A DNA stretch of 64,000 bases from Promethearchaeota archaeon (GTDB lineage Archaea > Asgardarchaeota > Lokiarchaeia > Sigyniarchaeales > SOKP01): the NCBI GenBank assembly GCA_019058445.1, contig JAHPZA010000001.1, forward strand, positions 106,203-170,202. The letters are read 5' to 3'. A model generated the notes under the pieces. That model did not search any database. It was not told the origin of the DNA and worked only from the letters and a program-made list of their open reading frames with translations. The position numbers and the translations under genes are program-made. This document shows positions 1-10,368 of this stretch, one piece after another; the first letter of the stretch is position 1; each line of letters opens with the position of its first letter.

Positions 1-288
1 GGGACCTCCAATAGAAGGTGCTATAGGTGCTACAGGCGCAGCGCCAGGAGAAGCTGGAGCTGCCACACCTCTAGTTTTTATAGCATTTAAATCGTTCGTC
101 ATCGTGTTAACTCTAGATTGTAGACTTGAAATTTGTGTTTTTAAATCAGCTAAAGATCCATCAACAAGGTCAGGTATTCGTAAAACAATTGTCATTATTT
201 TTTCAACAATGTCCCCAAACGCATTTACTTTTTCTTCTATTGGGGATTTCTTGGCTTTATCAAGGAAGCTTGCAAATTCTTCGGCTAT
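1..288 (-). CDS. Partial ORF (runs off window): helical N-terminus followed by Pro/Ala-rich region; probable ATA start
   Basis: Open minus-strand frame, own translation (M)AEEFASFLDKAKKSPIEEKV...APASPGAAPVAPIAPSIGGP; GGTGA Shine-Dalgarno-like motif 6 nt upstream of ATA at 288; not in the ORF track. Confidence 0.7.
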   Translation of the reverse strand, partial: MAEEFASFLDKAKKSPIEEKVNAFGDIVEKIMTIVLRIPDLVDGSLADLKTQISSLQSRVNTMTNDLNAIKTRGVAAPASPGAAPVAPIAPSIGGP

Positions 289-446
289 GGCTAATCACCA
301 ATAATTTTTGTTAATAATTACATTTTGAAAGATTATTTTTTCTAATAATTATATAATAGTTTTGTTTAATAAAAATATGTTTTGATGCAAACTTACCTTA
401 TACCTTGAAAAATAAGAGTAGAAAAAAAGTATAATATATATAGGAC

Positions 447-1067
447 TTAACTCATCTCAGTGGTTGAATCCTTTAGTTTTAACCATAAATCGTCAAGTTC
501 GTCTTGCATTTGAACAAATTGTTCAATTTCTTTAAGTAAAATATTTCTGGCCCTATCGAAATCTCTTTGTAAATCATTTAACTCGTTTTCAAGCATAGTA
601 AGTTTACTTCCCTCAATCATTTTATTTTTAGTTTTTTCTATGCTTAAAGCTTTTTTAATTACGCCTGATCTCCTGCCGGCAATAGTAGTAAGAGCTTCTG
701 CAAATAAATCTCCCCTAGTTGCTAAATCATCTTTTCGAATAGCTAGATCTTTGATTGAGTTAACAAAATCATTGCTTGCTTCAATATATTTATCATTTTT
801 GTGGATAAAATCTTGATAGTAATTTATTTCATCATCTTTTACATTTGATTTTGATTCTCTTGCAAGGGTTTGCATTTGTTTTAACACATCTCTAAATGTT
901 CGATTAAGCAATTGCCGGGCGATATTTAATTTCGCAATATTGTCTGCAAGTTTTTTATGAGAATCAGAAACTGTTCTCTGTAATCTTGCGACTTTTTTAA
1001 GATGGGAAGCTAAATCTTTTTCCATTTTCGCAAGATCTAATTCATCTTCATGGGTTATAATTGGCAT
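447..1067 (-). CDS. All-helical coiled-coil protein, possibly BAR/IMD-like
   Basis: 206 aa, almost no Pro/Gly, long amphipathic helices; fold is inference only. Confidence 0.55.
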   Translation of the reverse strand: MPIITHEDELDLAKMEKDLASHLKKVARLQRTVSDSHKKLADNIAKLNIARQLLNRTFRDVLKQMQTLARESKSNVKDDEINYYQDFIHKNDKYIEASNDFVNSIKDLAIRKDDLATRGDLFAEALTTIAGRRSGVIKKALSIEKTKNKMIEGSKLTMLENELNDLQRDFDRARNILLKEIEQFVQMQDELDDLWLKLKDSTTEMS

Positions 1068-1157
1068 TTTATCAAATCTCGAAAAAATTTTTTGTTTTAT
1101 TCAACTACGTTATTATGATCATAATAACTTTTTTTATATATTTTTATGCAATCAAGT

Positions 1158-2192
1158 TCAGAAAGGAAAAATCGCAGTAATGATATTATCTTTATAGTTA
1201 GCCTTTATGACTTTAGCTTGTATTTCTTTTCCTAGTAAATTATCCGAATATTGAAATGGCTTATTTAGAAGTATCTTTATTCCAATGTCTTTAGCAATTT
1301 TGCCTATGCATTCATTCGGCCATCTTCCTATGGAGACTATTTCTAATTTTATAACATCCCCCTTTCTATACGGTAAAGGCATACCTACTTTTCTTTTTTG
1401 GATATTAAAATCCGTAGGGCCCAGTTTTAATTTTAAATCATATCTCCTTTCTAGTTTAGATAATTGTTTATAAAAGTAGTCCCATGATTTAGGTCTAATT
1501 TTTTTCAATTTTCGACCTGTTTTATAAACTAAATATTTTTGAATTCCGAGTTGAATTTTTTTCTTAGAAAATCCTTGATTTCTTAAATTAATTACGAATT
1601 CAATGATATCTTCGATATCCTTGTCATTCTCTCCAGGAAACCAAACCGGAGCTAATAAAACGTCGATATTTGTATTAAGTATCGAATATATGTTTTTAAT
1701 TAAGTTTTTTAAATCATAATTTTTACAATCACAAAAATATTCGGCTTTTTCTTGGTTTAAGGTATTGAGGCTAATGTTTATACGTGAAAGTTGGACATCT
1801 GCCAATTTTTTTATATTTTCATTAGTTAATAATAACCCGTTACTTTGCATCGAAATGGTTTTCACACCTTCTAATTCCCAGAGCATTTCTATTAAACCAA
1901 ATAATTCAGAGTATAATAAGATTTCTCCATAAGGAGCTAAGTGAATTTCTATATTGTATGATCCTTTAATGTCTATGAGTTGCTTAATTTTTTGAATTAA
2001 ATATTGAGGTTCTACGATAAAATTATTTATAAAATCTCCTGCGCTCACAAAACAATATTTACATTTGAGATTACAAAGGGTTAGAGGTTTGAGTTCAATA
2101 ATATTTGTCCCCCGATCAATTACACCTATGAAATCGACTCCATAGAGCGGAATAGCCGAGCTTTGATTGACATAAATCGTATTTGGACTCAT
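1158..2192 (-). CDS. Radical SAM protein (uncharacterised archaeal family, C-terminal TRAM/OB-like region)
   Basis: CNLKCKYC motif; GVDFIGVIDRGTNIIE N-terminus. Confidence 0.85.
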   Translation of the reverse strand: MSPNTIYVNQSSAIPLYGVDFIGVIDRGTNIIELKPLTLCNLKCKYCFVSAGDFINNFIVEPQYLIQKIKQLIDIKGSYNIEIHLAPYGEILLYSELFGLIEMLWELEGVKTISMQSNGLLLTNENIKKLADVQLSRINISLNTLNQEKAEYFCDCKNYDLKNLIKNIYSILNTNIDVLLAPVWFPGENDKDIEDIIEFVINLRNQGFSKKKIQLGIQKYLVYKTGRKLKKIRPKSWDYFYKQLSKLERRYDLKLKLGPTDFNIQKRKVGMPLPYRKGDVIKLEIVSIGRWPNECIGKIAKDIGIKILLNKPFQYSDNLLGKEIQAKVIKANYKDNIITAIFPF

Positions 2193-2204
2193 TTTGGGAT
2201 ATGG

Positions 2205-3278
2205 TTATAATTTATATCTTAATATACCTACAATGGAACCTAAATCTATTATTTGTTGACCAGTAGAAGTTTGACTACTAACTATATCAACTTCCCCTCC
2301 AGAATATTCCACGTTGGTAATAATTCTCTCAATACTAAGTTTTTGAGTTTTTGAAGTCCCTCGAATTAATATATCTGCCACAAATAATTGTTTAATAGCA
2401 CCCCTCTCAGAAGCTTCGCTGTTTTCATTAATACCAATTGAAATTAAATCGGGGTCTGTATTAAATAATTTAAAAATTTCTTCAATTTTTTCCGTTTCTT
2501 GTAATATTTTTATTTTCTCTTTTAATCCCGCCAATTCTTTAGATTTTAATGTCTCTCGAATAGCACTTTCCGTACCGGAGCTAGCGTGTATGCTTCTAAT
2601 TTTATGTATGTAATTGGGATTATATTTTTCTTTTAAATAATTTAGTAATAAATCTCTTGTATTTCCCGGGCCACAAAAAACAATTAAATTAATATCAGTT
2701 GAGTTTAGATTTTCTTCAATAATTTTTTTTAAATTTTCAAAAAAGTCAGTTAACGCTTTATTTCTTTGTGATTGTTCGTATCTTTTACCTGGTATGTGTG
2801 ATTTTATTGTAGCTATCTTATTTTGACTAAAGTTTGTAATAATTTCGATTGTTGCAAGTCCCGTTTCAATCGCTATCATTAATATTACAAAGTTAGACTC
2901 AAACTTAGAGGATTGTTTTAATCTTTTCATTTCTTGAGAAGACCATTTTTCTTTTATGATCGCAATTTTCTGTCCTTTTTCGATATTAAAGGTATGGTAT
3001 GTACCAAAACTTACAAAATCTTCTGGTCCCTCTATAATTGTCCCTTTAACTCTCAATCTATTTGAAAATTCATGAAAGGAAACATCCTCAACATTTAATT
3101 TTAAAAACATAGGTTTTCTCTCACCTTTAGAGCCCTCTTTAAGTACTACTCTTCTTTGGGTTCGCGCAGCGACTTTATCATTTTTCGAGATGATATTATA
3201 CAGTGTCCACAGATCGTTTAAATTTTCTATTTTAACGATAATCTCTCCTTGTTTTTGATTGATTTCACGTATTTTCAA
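2205..3278 (-). CDS. pelA: mRNA surveillance protein Pelota (Dom34)
   Basis: DLWTLYNII, FHEFSNRLRVKG, GTYHTFNIE, IPGKRY, GILRY C-terminus. Confidence 0.95.
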   Translation of the reverse strand: MKIREINQKQGEIIVKIENLNDLWTLYNIISKNDKVAARTQRRVVLKEGSKGERKPMFLKLNVEDVSFHEFSNRLRVKGTIIEGPEDFVSFGTYHTFNIEKGQKIAIIKEKWSSQEMKRLKQSSKFESNFVILMIAIETGLATIEIITNFSQNKIATIKSHIPGKRYEQSQRNKALTDFFENLKKIIEENLNSTDINLIVFCGPGNTRDLLLNYLKEKYNPNYIHKIRSIHASSGTESAIRETLKSKELAGLKEKIKILQETEKIEEIFKLFNTDPDLISIGINENSEASERGAIKQLFVADILIRGTSKTQKLSIERIITNVEYSGGEVDIVSSQTSTGQQIIDLGSIVGILRYKL

Positions 3279-3408
3279 ACTTAAATCTAAACTCCAATAA
3301 AATTTTCTTATATTATAAGAAGAATAGATAGTAGAAAAATTGATTTACTATTAGAATGAAGTGAAGTTTAAAAAAATAGAAAAAAAATAAAGAAAAAAGA
3401 AATCTGAA

Positions 3409-3558
3409 TTATCCCTCTCCTAAAGCCTGCTTAACCTTCTCTAATTCTTCCATACGCTTCCTTTTTTCCTCTTCTCGCTTTTTCATCTCTGCTTCGTCTG
3501 GCTTAGCTAGAGATACTCCTTTCTTAATTTCATTTTCAAGCTCTTTATCTATTGGCAT
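3409..3558 (-). CDS. Small 49-aa charged protein with WH2-like N-terminal motif
   Basis: MPIDKELENEIKKGVSLAKPDEAEMKKREEEKRKRMEELEKVKQALGEG*; AGGTG SD-like motif upstream, T-rich tract downstream; below the ORF-track length cut-off. Confidence 0.75.
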   Translation of the reverse strand: MPIDKELENEIKKGVSLAKPDEAEMKKREEEKRKRMEELEKVKQALGEG

Positions 3559-3633
3559 ATTTCAGCAACACCTTTTTTTTTTATCTTATTATAAAAAAAC
3601 TTATTTATAAGTTTTAGTTTATAGAAAAATCAT

Positions 3634-4083
3634 CTAAAGAATATCTAATTTCATTAAATATGCGTCCTCTTTTGATTGGTAATATTGATTTATTTTCTGT
3701 ACTATTTTGAAGCCAAACTTACGATATAATTTTATAGCGGTAGAGTTTTTGACTTGTACATTTAGGACGACTTTTTTGATATCAGTTGATTCCTTGATTT
3801 TTTTAACGGTGTTGAATAAAAGAAAAGAGCCATACCCTTTATTGTGATAGTTAGGATTAACCAAAAAATTAATTATATTTGCTCTATCAATTCTATCTTT
3901 TACTACAATAATGAACCCTATAATTTCTTTTCTAATTTTATTTTTTTCTAATTTTAAAAAATAGAGATTATTTCGAATTAATTTTTTTATTAAGGCTTTC
4001 GAAAATGCATTTTTATTGAACACCGATTTTTCCAGAAAAAAGATGTCATTTACATCTTTCGAAGATACTTGTTTAATTTTCAT
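3634..4083 (-). CDS. GNAT N-acetyltransferase (RimI/Ard1-like)
   Basis: NKGYGSFLL acetyl-CoA motif, N..AIKLYRKFGF, YY...EDAYLM. Confidence 0.9.
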   Translation of the reverse strand: MKIKQVSSKDVNDIFFLEKSVFNKNAFSKALIKKLIRNNLYFLKLEKNKIRKEIIGFIIVVKDRIDRANIINFLVNPNYHNKGYGSFLLFNTVKKIKESTDIKKVVLNVQVKNSTAIKLYRKFGFKIVQKINQYYQSKEDAYLMKLDIL

Positions 4084-5225
4084 TTAGATCCCTTCATTTC
4101 ATGCTTGAAAACCTTAATGGGTGTTTTCTCTGTAATTTGACGGTATTCTCCTCTAAAAGGGATAATCTCTTCAACAAATCCATCCAAATTTTTATTTTCC
4201 AAAAATTCTATAAATTTATCTGTCAAAGCAATATAATATGGTAATCTTATTTTATTTTTTTCGATGGTTATTTGTTCTTTAGGGACATTAAATTTTGAGA
4301 TAATTAATTCTTTTAGAGATGTTAAATTTTCGTCACTACCCTCAATTTGACCATATATAAGGAGCCCCTCCTCAGTTATTACTTCATATGGTAATTTAAT
4401 TGTTTTTGCTCTTCTTAAATAGCGGTTTTTTAATTGATGATAATCTTTTGCTTTAATTGTACAAAAATGAATTTTAAGAGAGGTTTTAGGAGCTAATTTT
4501 GTAATGAGCTTCATGGCCGTTTCTTTACTATTTTCAACAGTTGCAACCGTGTCTTTTTTTAATTTAAACCCTTTTTCCTTTAAATATTGACTATTAGGAT
4601 AACATATTTCAAATTCATTCAGATTAATGAATTCTGCTCCAATTTTATTTAAAAAAAGAATAAGATTTTCAAGATTATTGTTATATTCAAATCCGGGAAT
4701 TACAGGAACTTCAGCTCCCACAGAAAATCCTTTATTTAAAGCAAATTTAATATTTTCCCATTTATTTAGAGGAGGATGAAAGCGTATCTCATCTAGACCA
4801 ACTTCTGCTAATTTTTCTGCAATAGATTCATTGAAGTTCATTCCATTTGTGTACAAGTGTACATGAAATTTCTTCCCTTTCATTTTTTTAACATATTTTA
4901 TGTAATCATAAGTTTTTTCTAAATTTGATTCTAAAAGTGGTTCTCCGCCAGTTATACTCATTCCTTTCGCATTGATTTTGTTAATCTCAATTAATAAATC
5001 CTTATGAGAGAATACATGAATTTCATCAGCAAATGTTATATCCTTACCTCTCCTCTCTTCTGAGATGGGACAATACCATGAACAATGAGCAGGTTTTTGA
5101 CATATGCCATTTAGAAATAATACAACTTTTACTCCCTTTAAACAAAGTTGACAACCTTTTGGGAGGTTTCTCCCCTTTATATAAAATGTGCTTCCTTTAG
5201 ATTCTAAGATCTTGGTACTTTTCAT
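4080..5225 (-). CDS. Radical SAM protein (archaeal, PFL-activase-related family)
   Basis: LPKGCQLC, CQKPAHCSWYCP, ITGGEP, LYTNG, GLDEIRFHP. Confidence 0.85.
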   Translation of the reverse strand: MKSTKILESKGSTFYIKGRNLPKGCQLCLKGVKVVLFLNGICQKPAHCSWYCPISEERRGKDITFADEIHVFSHKDLLIEINKINAKGMSITGGEPLLESNLEKTYDYIKYVKKMKGKKFHVHLYTNGMNFNESIAEKLAEVGLDEIRFHPPLNKWENIKFALNKGFSVGAEVPVIPGFEYNNNLENLILFLNKIGAEFINLNEFEICYPNSQYLKEKGFKLKKDTVATVENSKETAMKLITKLAPKTSLKIHFCTIKAKDYHQLKNRYLRRAKTIKLPYEVITEEGLLIYGQIEGSDENLTSLKELIISKFNVPKEQITIEKNKIRLPYYIALTDKFIEFLENKNLDGFVEEIIPFRGEYRQITEKTPIKVFKHEMKGSK

Positions 5226-5923
5226 CTTTGATATAATTTTTTTCGAATTATTGTCTTTTTATTTGATAATTTTTTGAGAACTTCTTCCGTTGATTCATTT
5301 ATATCAAGCGATCTTTTTAAAAATACCCCCGTTTTTCCATGCTTCTCTCTTTTTAAGAGAACTTTTTTTCGTTCTAATATGGTATCAATACCAATACCTA
5401 ATACTTTGGCTGCTACTGCTTCATTATCAATTATAGATAGTTCATCATGTCCTTGTGTGTTTGGCTGAATTAAGACCAATCTTTTATCAATGCCCGGTAC
5501 TCTCATACCTAATTTTAATTCATTTAAGCTTATTTTTCCTCCAAAATCATAAAATTCCAATGATTTCTTTGGTAGTTTAGTTAATGGTATAGTAATACTT
5601 TCCAATTCGCTCAAATATATATAAAGCTTTATTGAATCTTTTGGAGTTGCCATAATAATTTCTCTAAAATAATGTTTGAAGCCATTTTTATTTAATATAA
5701 ATTCAATTCGGAATGATTGAATTGGTTCCGTGAAAATAATATCTATATCACTATTTTTATGTACGTTCCCTCGTGCGATGCTTCCATAAACATGCGGGTT
5801 TAAGCCCTCAAACATTTTTAAGAAGATAGCAGCCCTATCTCGTTTAATTTTAAGTAGAGCCCAATCAGATTTAGTGTATAGTATTGATTCGGAATACTCT
5901 CTTAAAATCTTTTCTTTTGACAT
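5222..5923 (-). CDS. Pol-beta-superfamily nucleotidyltransferase (archaeal)
   Basis: YGSIARG...SDIDI motif; RVPGIDKRL. Confidence 0.85.
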   Translation of the reverse strand: MSKEKILREYSESILYTKSDWALLKIKRDRAAIFLKMFEGLNPHVYGSIARGNVHKNSDIDIIFTEPIQSFRIEFILNKNGFKHYFREIIMATPKDSIKLYIYLSELESITIPLTKLPKKSLEFYDFGGKISLNELKLGMRVPGIDKRLVLIQPNTQGHDELSIIDNEAVAAKVLGIGIDTILERKKVLLKREKHGKTGVFLKRSLDINESTEEVLKKLSNKKTIIRKKLYQR

Positions 5924-5926
5924 GAA

Positions 5927-6781
5927 TTAGGATAATTTTTGGGATTTTAATATATTTGATTCTACTAAATTAATGATTATCCCTAAAAGAATGGTCTCAT
6001 AGCATTTAAATAAACTCTTGCTTTTATCTAATATCCATAAATTAGTATTGGGAAGATTATAATCTGCTAAATGGGTGGATAGCAGTTTTATCTTTTTACT
6101 TGTTAGAATTTTACTTGATTTCTTACTAAAAATAATAAACAGTTTAGACAATATATCCTCTTTCTCAGTAATGCCAGTGATATGTTTCTTGGCTATTAAT
6201 TCAAATTTCGGATTAATTAAAATCACTCCAGCATTATTTTTATCATATATAAGGGGAGTAATAAAAACCATTATTTTATGATGAGTAATAAGTATATAGT
6301 TAGAATTGGTGATCACTTCTTTTTGTTTTAGGGAGTGTAAGATAGAGGAACTTAGATTTGCAGATTCTAAATGTAGTTCTTTATCTAAATTACCATGATT
6401 AAGAGAGCATTTATTACTAAGAACTATATTAATCACATCAAATCCATAGCTAGCCAAACCTTCGGTTAAAACGTTAAATAATCTATTATACTTGTGAGAT
6501 CTAATTAATAGAATTGATGGATTTTGCATAGCCTTCCTTTTTAAAACATGATTAATGGTTATAGTAATTTTTTTGAGTTTAACGGATTGATTTATTGGTT
6601 TAAAGGACTGAATATTTAATATAACCCGGGACAAATAAACGTTAGATAATGTGGATCTCCACCTAACTCTTTCCTTAAAAATTCTCACACTAACCAAGAA
6701 CACAATTAATAATAGAATTACGACGGTATCAATGAAAATCCAATCAAACTGAAAAAAATTTATAGCCAAATTATTCAACAA
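5927..6781 (-). CDS. Membrane-anchored hypothetical protein (degenerate alpha/beta-hydrolase-like)
   Basis: N-terminal TM helix; LASYGFDVI and GVILINP segments; no GxSxG. Confidence 0.5.
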   Translation of the reverse strand: MLNNLAINFFQFDWIFIDTVVILLLIVFLVSVRIFKERVRWRSTLSNVYLSRVILNIQSFKPINQSVKLKKITITINHVLKRKAMQNPSILLIRSHKYNRLFNVLTEGLASYGFDVINIVLSNKCSLNHGNLDKELHLESANLSSSILHSLKQKEVITNSNYILITHHKIMVFITPLIYDKNNAGVILINPKFELIAKKHITGITEKEDILSKLFIIFSKKSSKILTSKKIKLLSTHLADYNLPNTNLWILDKSKSLFKCYETILLGIIINLVESNILKSQKLS

Positions 6782-7097
6782 CTTCCTTTATCCAATTTAA
6801 ATATTTTTCAGAACCCTTTTCAATTTTAAATCCAATACATTCAGGTATATCATAGCTATGTATCTCACTGATCTTCTGAATAAGTAAATTACTTTTTTCC
6901 TCCGTGGTTTTTATCAATAATAGATGCTCGTTGTCTTCTTCGATGTTGCCTTTCCATGTATAGATGGAAAAAATCTTTTGAATAATATTGACACATGCTG
7001 CAAGGTTAGCCTCAACTAAAATTCTTGCTATGCTTTTTCCTTCTTCAATGGTTGGCACAGTTACAAGAAATAAATAGTAACTCATATCACACTTCAC
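6771..7097 (-). CDS. cutA: Divalent cation tolerance protein CutA
   Basis: LAACVNI, SIYTWKG, HSYDIPE. Confidence 0.95.
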   Translation of the reverse strand: MKCDMSYYLFLVTVPTIEEGKSIARILVEANLAACVNIIQKIFSIYTWKGNIEEDNEHLLLIKTTEEKSNLLIQKISEIHSYDIPECIGFKIEKGSEKYLNWIKEVVE

Positions 7098-7385
7098 ACA
7101 TTTCTTTTTTCACTTATTGTTATAAAAGATGGTTCTCTTAAATTTTATTTTATATGTTTTCAAAATAGTATGTAATTATCAAATTATGTTATTTTCGTAA
7201 GCTATTAAGAGGGATGTTAAAAAATTCATAGAAATAAAAATTAATGATTTACTCAAAAAGAATATATAAATACTCGAAATATTATTAATAATAAAACTAT
7301 AACAGAAAGTAAAATTATAGTTGTTAAATAAGTTAAGCTTTAAATTAAAATACAAGAGTAAAAACTTATGCAAGAGGTTTATTAA

Positions 7386-8111
7386 ATGTTACATAATCTC
7401 TATCTCATTCACCAACATACGGGCATTTGCCTAATCCATAGGAAATATGGCACCATAGAATTTAACCAAGATTTAGTGTCCGGCTTTCTTACGGCATTAA
7501 AAGATTTCTCAGTTGAATTTTCTAAAGGATCAGGTGAATTGAAAGTAATTGACATGCAGGTTTTTTATTTAATGCTGGTTTTCAAGGAGGGTGTATTGGT
7601 AACGGCCGCAGCAGACAAAAATGATGATAGTAAAATCACTCACCGGGCTTTAAGTGATATTATTGATAAATTTACGACGGAATTTGGTGAAAGCATCAAA
7701 ACATGGAAAGGTGATGTACGGATTTTCAAAGATTTTCATGAAAAAATTGATACTATTTTAGAGAATGGTAGAGTTGCTGAAATAAAACTAAGAATTCCTA
7801 TTCTAAAAATTTATAAGAAAGATTTTGTGAAATCTCAGAAAAAACTAGCAAAAAGCGGATTGCTTATTTCTGAAGAGGATTTAAGGGAAGTTTCGGATAA
7901 AAAACCCGAATGGACTAAAAAGAGGCTACCGAAGCAAGTGATATCTCAAGGATTTTTGGACAAGACACAATATGAAATTGCTCATTTGGCAGATGGATTT
8001 CATACGGTTTCGGATATTGCCGAAGAAGTGGGAGTACCTGAGGCAGATGTTCAAGTTATAATCGACAGTCTGGATTCCCTGGGATTACTCCAATTTATAG
8101 AAATAGAATAA
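7386..8111 (+). CDS. Longin/roadblock-like domain protein with C-terminal winged helix
   Basis: GICLIHRKY...DLVSGFLTALKDF N-terminal pattern; C-terminal ADGFHTVSDIAEEVG...LDSLGLL HTH. Confidence 0.6.
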   Translation: MLHNLYLIHQHTGICLIHRKYGTIEFNQDLVSGFLTALKDFSVEFSKGSGELKVIDMQVFYLMLVFKEGVLVTAAADKNDDSKITHRALSDIIDKFTTEFGESIKTWKGDVRIFKDFHEKIDTILENGRVAEIKLRIPILKIYKKDFVKSQKKLAKSGLLISEEDLREVSDKKPEWTKKRLPKQVISQGFLDKTQYEIAHLADGFHTVSDIAEEVGVPEADVQVIIDSLDSLGLLQFIEIE

Positions 8112-8348
8112 ATATTGTCCCAAAATTCTTTACTTTTTCTTATTGAAAATACGTTGATAAATAGTTTTTTCAGTAAACTATACATATTTCACTAAATTTT
8201 AACTTTGGGATTTGGATTTCTTTCAAGTAGTTAAAAAATTCTTATTTTCTGTTATTACAATAAAAAATTTAAATGATTTTGAAATTAAACAATTAACCTT
8301 TTGAATTAACTTTTTGAAACTTGTATTATTAAAATATTGTGATCAAGG

Positions 8349-9821
8349 ATGAATTTGAACAAAATAGACGATAATATCTATGAAATTCCACCTAAGACAA
8401 TAATGGTAAGAGTTCATGGTGAAATTAAAAAGTTTCACATGAAGGTTCCTGCCCATATTTATGCAAACGAATATATCTTAGGCAGGATTCAACAGGATAG
8501 AACTTTAGATCAGATAAGTAATGTTGCCTGTTTACCCGGAATTGAAAAACATGCAATAGCTCTTTCAGATGCTCATCAAGGATATGGATTTTGTATTGGT
8601 GGTGTTGCTGGAACTGATGCCAATTCTGGTATGGTCTCCCCAGGAGGAGTGGGCTACGATATTAATTGCGGAGTGAGATTACTTCGCACCAATTTGTTGT
8701 TAAATGATATCGAAAAAATACTTCCAGATTTGTTGAATTCCATTTTTAGAAATATCCCTTCAGGATTGGGGTCCAAAGGGAAATTAAATATAAATTATTC
8801 AGATTTAGATAAAGTATTAGATAATGGATTAAATTGGGCGTTAGAGAAAGGATATGCAATAGAAGAGGACCTAAAACATTGTGAAGAAAATGGGTGCTTA
8901 AAAGATGCAGATGCGAGCTTAGTATCTGAAAAAGCAAAACAAAGAGCAATTAAACAATTGGGCTCTTTAGGGAGTGGGAATCATTTTCTTGAAATACAAA
9001 AGGTTGATGAGATATATAATCAAGAAATTGCACAAAAATTAGGATTTAATGAGAAAAATCAAATTACTGTAATGGTGCATACTGGTAGTAGAGCATTAGG
9101 GCATCAAGTATGTACCGATTCACTGCGAAATATTGAACGTGCAATGAAGAAATACCAAATTAAAGTCCCTGATAGAGAACTCGCATGTGTACCCGCTGAT
9201 ACACCAGAAGCACAAAATTATTTAAGTCAAATGGCTTGCGCTGCAAATTTTGGATTTAATAATCGGCAATTAATTACTCATTGGTTAAGAGAAGCGTTTC
9301 AGGGAATATTTAAAAAACAATTTGAAGATTTAGATTTAAACCTAATATATGGTGTTTGCCATAATATTTTAAAAATCGAAGAACATGAAGTGGACGGAAA
9401 GAAAATGAAACTAAATGTCCATAGGAAAGGCGCTACTAGAGCGTTTCCTCCCGGTCATCCAGAGATCCCACAAGATTATAAAGATATTGGACAGCCTGCA
9501 TTAATTCCAGGAACCATGGGTTCTGCCTCTTATGTATGCGTTGGAAAACCAAAAGCAATGGATTTATCATTTGGTTCAACAGCTCATGGTTCTGGAAGAT
9601 TAATGTCTCGTTCTAAGGCTAAAAAGAAATACTGGGGAGAGCAAATTAAAAAAGATTTAAGTAAAAAAGGTATTCTTGTAAAGGCGGCTTCCATGCAGGT
9701 TATTGCTGAAGAAGCTCCCGGAGCATATAAAGATATTGATCAAGTAGTAAATGTGAGCCATGATCTTGGAATTGTTGAAAAGATCGTTAGGTTAGTACCT
9801 GTAGGCGTTGTAAAAGGTTAA
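8349..9821 (+). CDS. rtcB: RNA-splicing ligase RtcB
   Basis: DAHQGYGF, GYDINCG, GSGNHF, HTGSR, HRKGAT, HGSGR, EEAPGAYK. Confidence 0.98.
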   Translation: MNLNKIDDNIYEIPPKTIMVRVHGEIKKFHMKVPAHIYANEYILGRIQQDRTLDQISNVACLPGIEKHAIALSDAHQGYGFCIGGVAGTDANSGMVSPGGVGYDINCGVRLLRTNLLLNDIEKILPDLLNSIFRNIPSGLGSKGKLNINYSDLDKVLDNGLNWALEKGYAIEEDLKHCEENGCLKDADASLVSEKAKQRAIKQLGSLGSGNHFLEIQKVDEIYNQEIAQKLGFNEKNQITVMVHTGSRALGHQVCTDSLRNIERAMKKYQIKVPDRELACVPADTPEAQNYLSQMACAANFGFNNRQLITHWLREAFQGIFKKQFEDLDLNLIYGVCHNILKIEEHEVDGKKMKLNVHRKGATRAFPPGHPEIPQDYKDIGQPALIPGTMGSASYVCVGKPKAMDLSFGSTAHGSGRLMSRSKAKKKYWGEQIKKDLSKKGILVKAASMQVIAEEAPGAYKDIDQVVNVSHDLGIVEKIVRLVPVGVVKG

Positions 9822-9827
9822 AATAGA

Positions 9828-10265
9828 TTATATATCAAAAACGATATCAATTTCCACTCTATTTAGTTCTTCTTCTATTTTCATAAAAGAATAGGTAATT
9901 GCTTTGACTTCAATTCCTGTATCGTGTTTTAATTTATCGAATTTCTCTCCTTTTAATATAGCGAATAATTCAAATTGTCCATTAATTTTTTTAATGTGTT
10001 TTATTTCAATGTCTCTAAATACTAAATCTTCCACATCAAAAATATATAGGAATTCACTGAGAAAATCAAACAAAAGAGCCTCTTTATCCTCTGCTTTAAC
10101 TTCTAAAACTTTCTCAATTTGAGGAGTTATTTTATTCAAATCTGGAGTAATTGTCGCCATTAGACTGTATGCGGTTTGAGCAAAGGCTTGTTCAAGATTG
10201 TTACCCCAAGATTTAACTTGTACATCAGCAGTGTGATCAATAAATTTATATCCAGATTCCTTCAT
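9828..10265 (-). CDS. Archease (RtcB cofactor)
   Basis: DHTADV, EVKAITY, terminal FDI; convergent with rtcB. Confidence 0.95.
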   Translation of the reverse strand: MKESGYKFIDHTADVQVKSWGNNLEQAFAQTAYSLMATITPDLNKITPQIEKVLEVKAEDKEALLFDFLSEFLYIFDVEDLVFRDIEIKHIKKINGQFELFAILKGEKFDKLKHDTGIEVKAITYSFMKIEEELNRVEIDIVFDI

Positions 10266-10368
10266 GAATTCCTTTATTTTTCAACTATTTTCTTTTTACT
10301 ATTGCATAATTGTTAGTAGTAAATAAAAATATATGAGTTTAAAATGGTTTTAATAAATTTGATTATGT

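Noticed and set aside
104-314. Plus-strand ORFs 104-304 and 126-314, and other short antisense ORFs in the track
   Set aside because: They overlap better-supported genes on the opposite strand or another frame and have no recognisable motifs
7179-7373. 64-aa hydrophobic ORF
   Set aside because: Low-complexity translation of an AT-rich divergent promoter region
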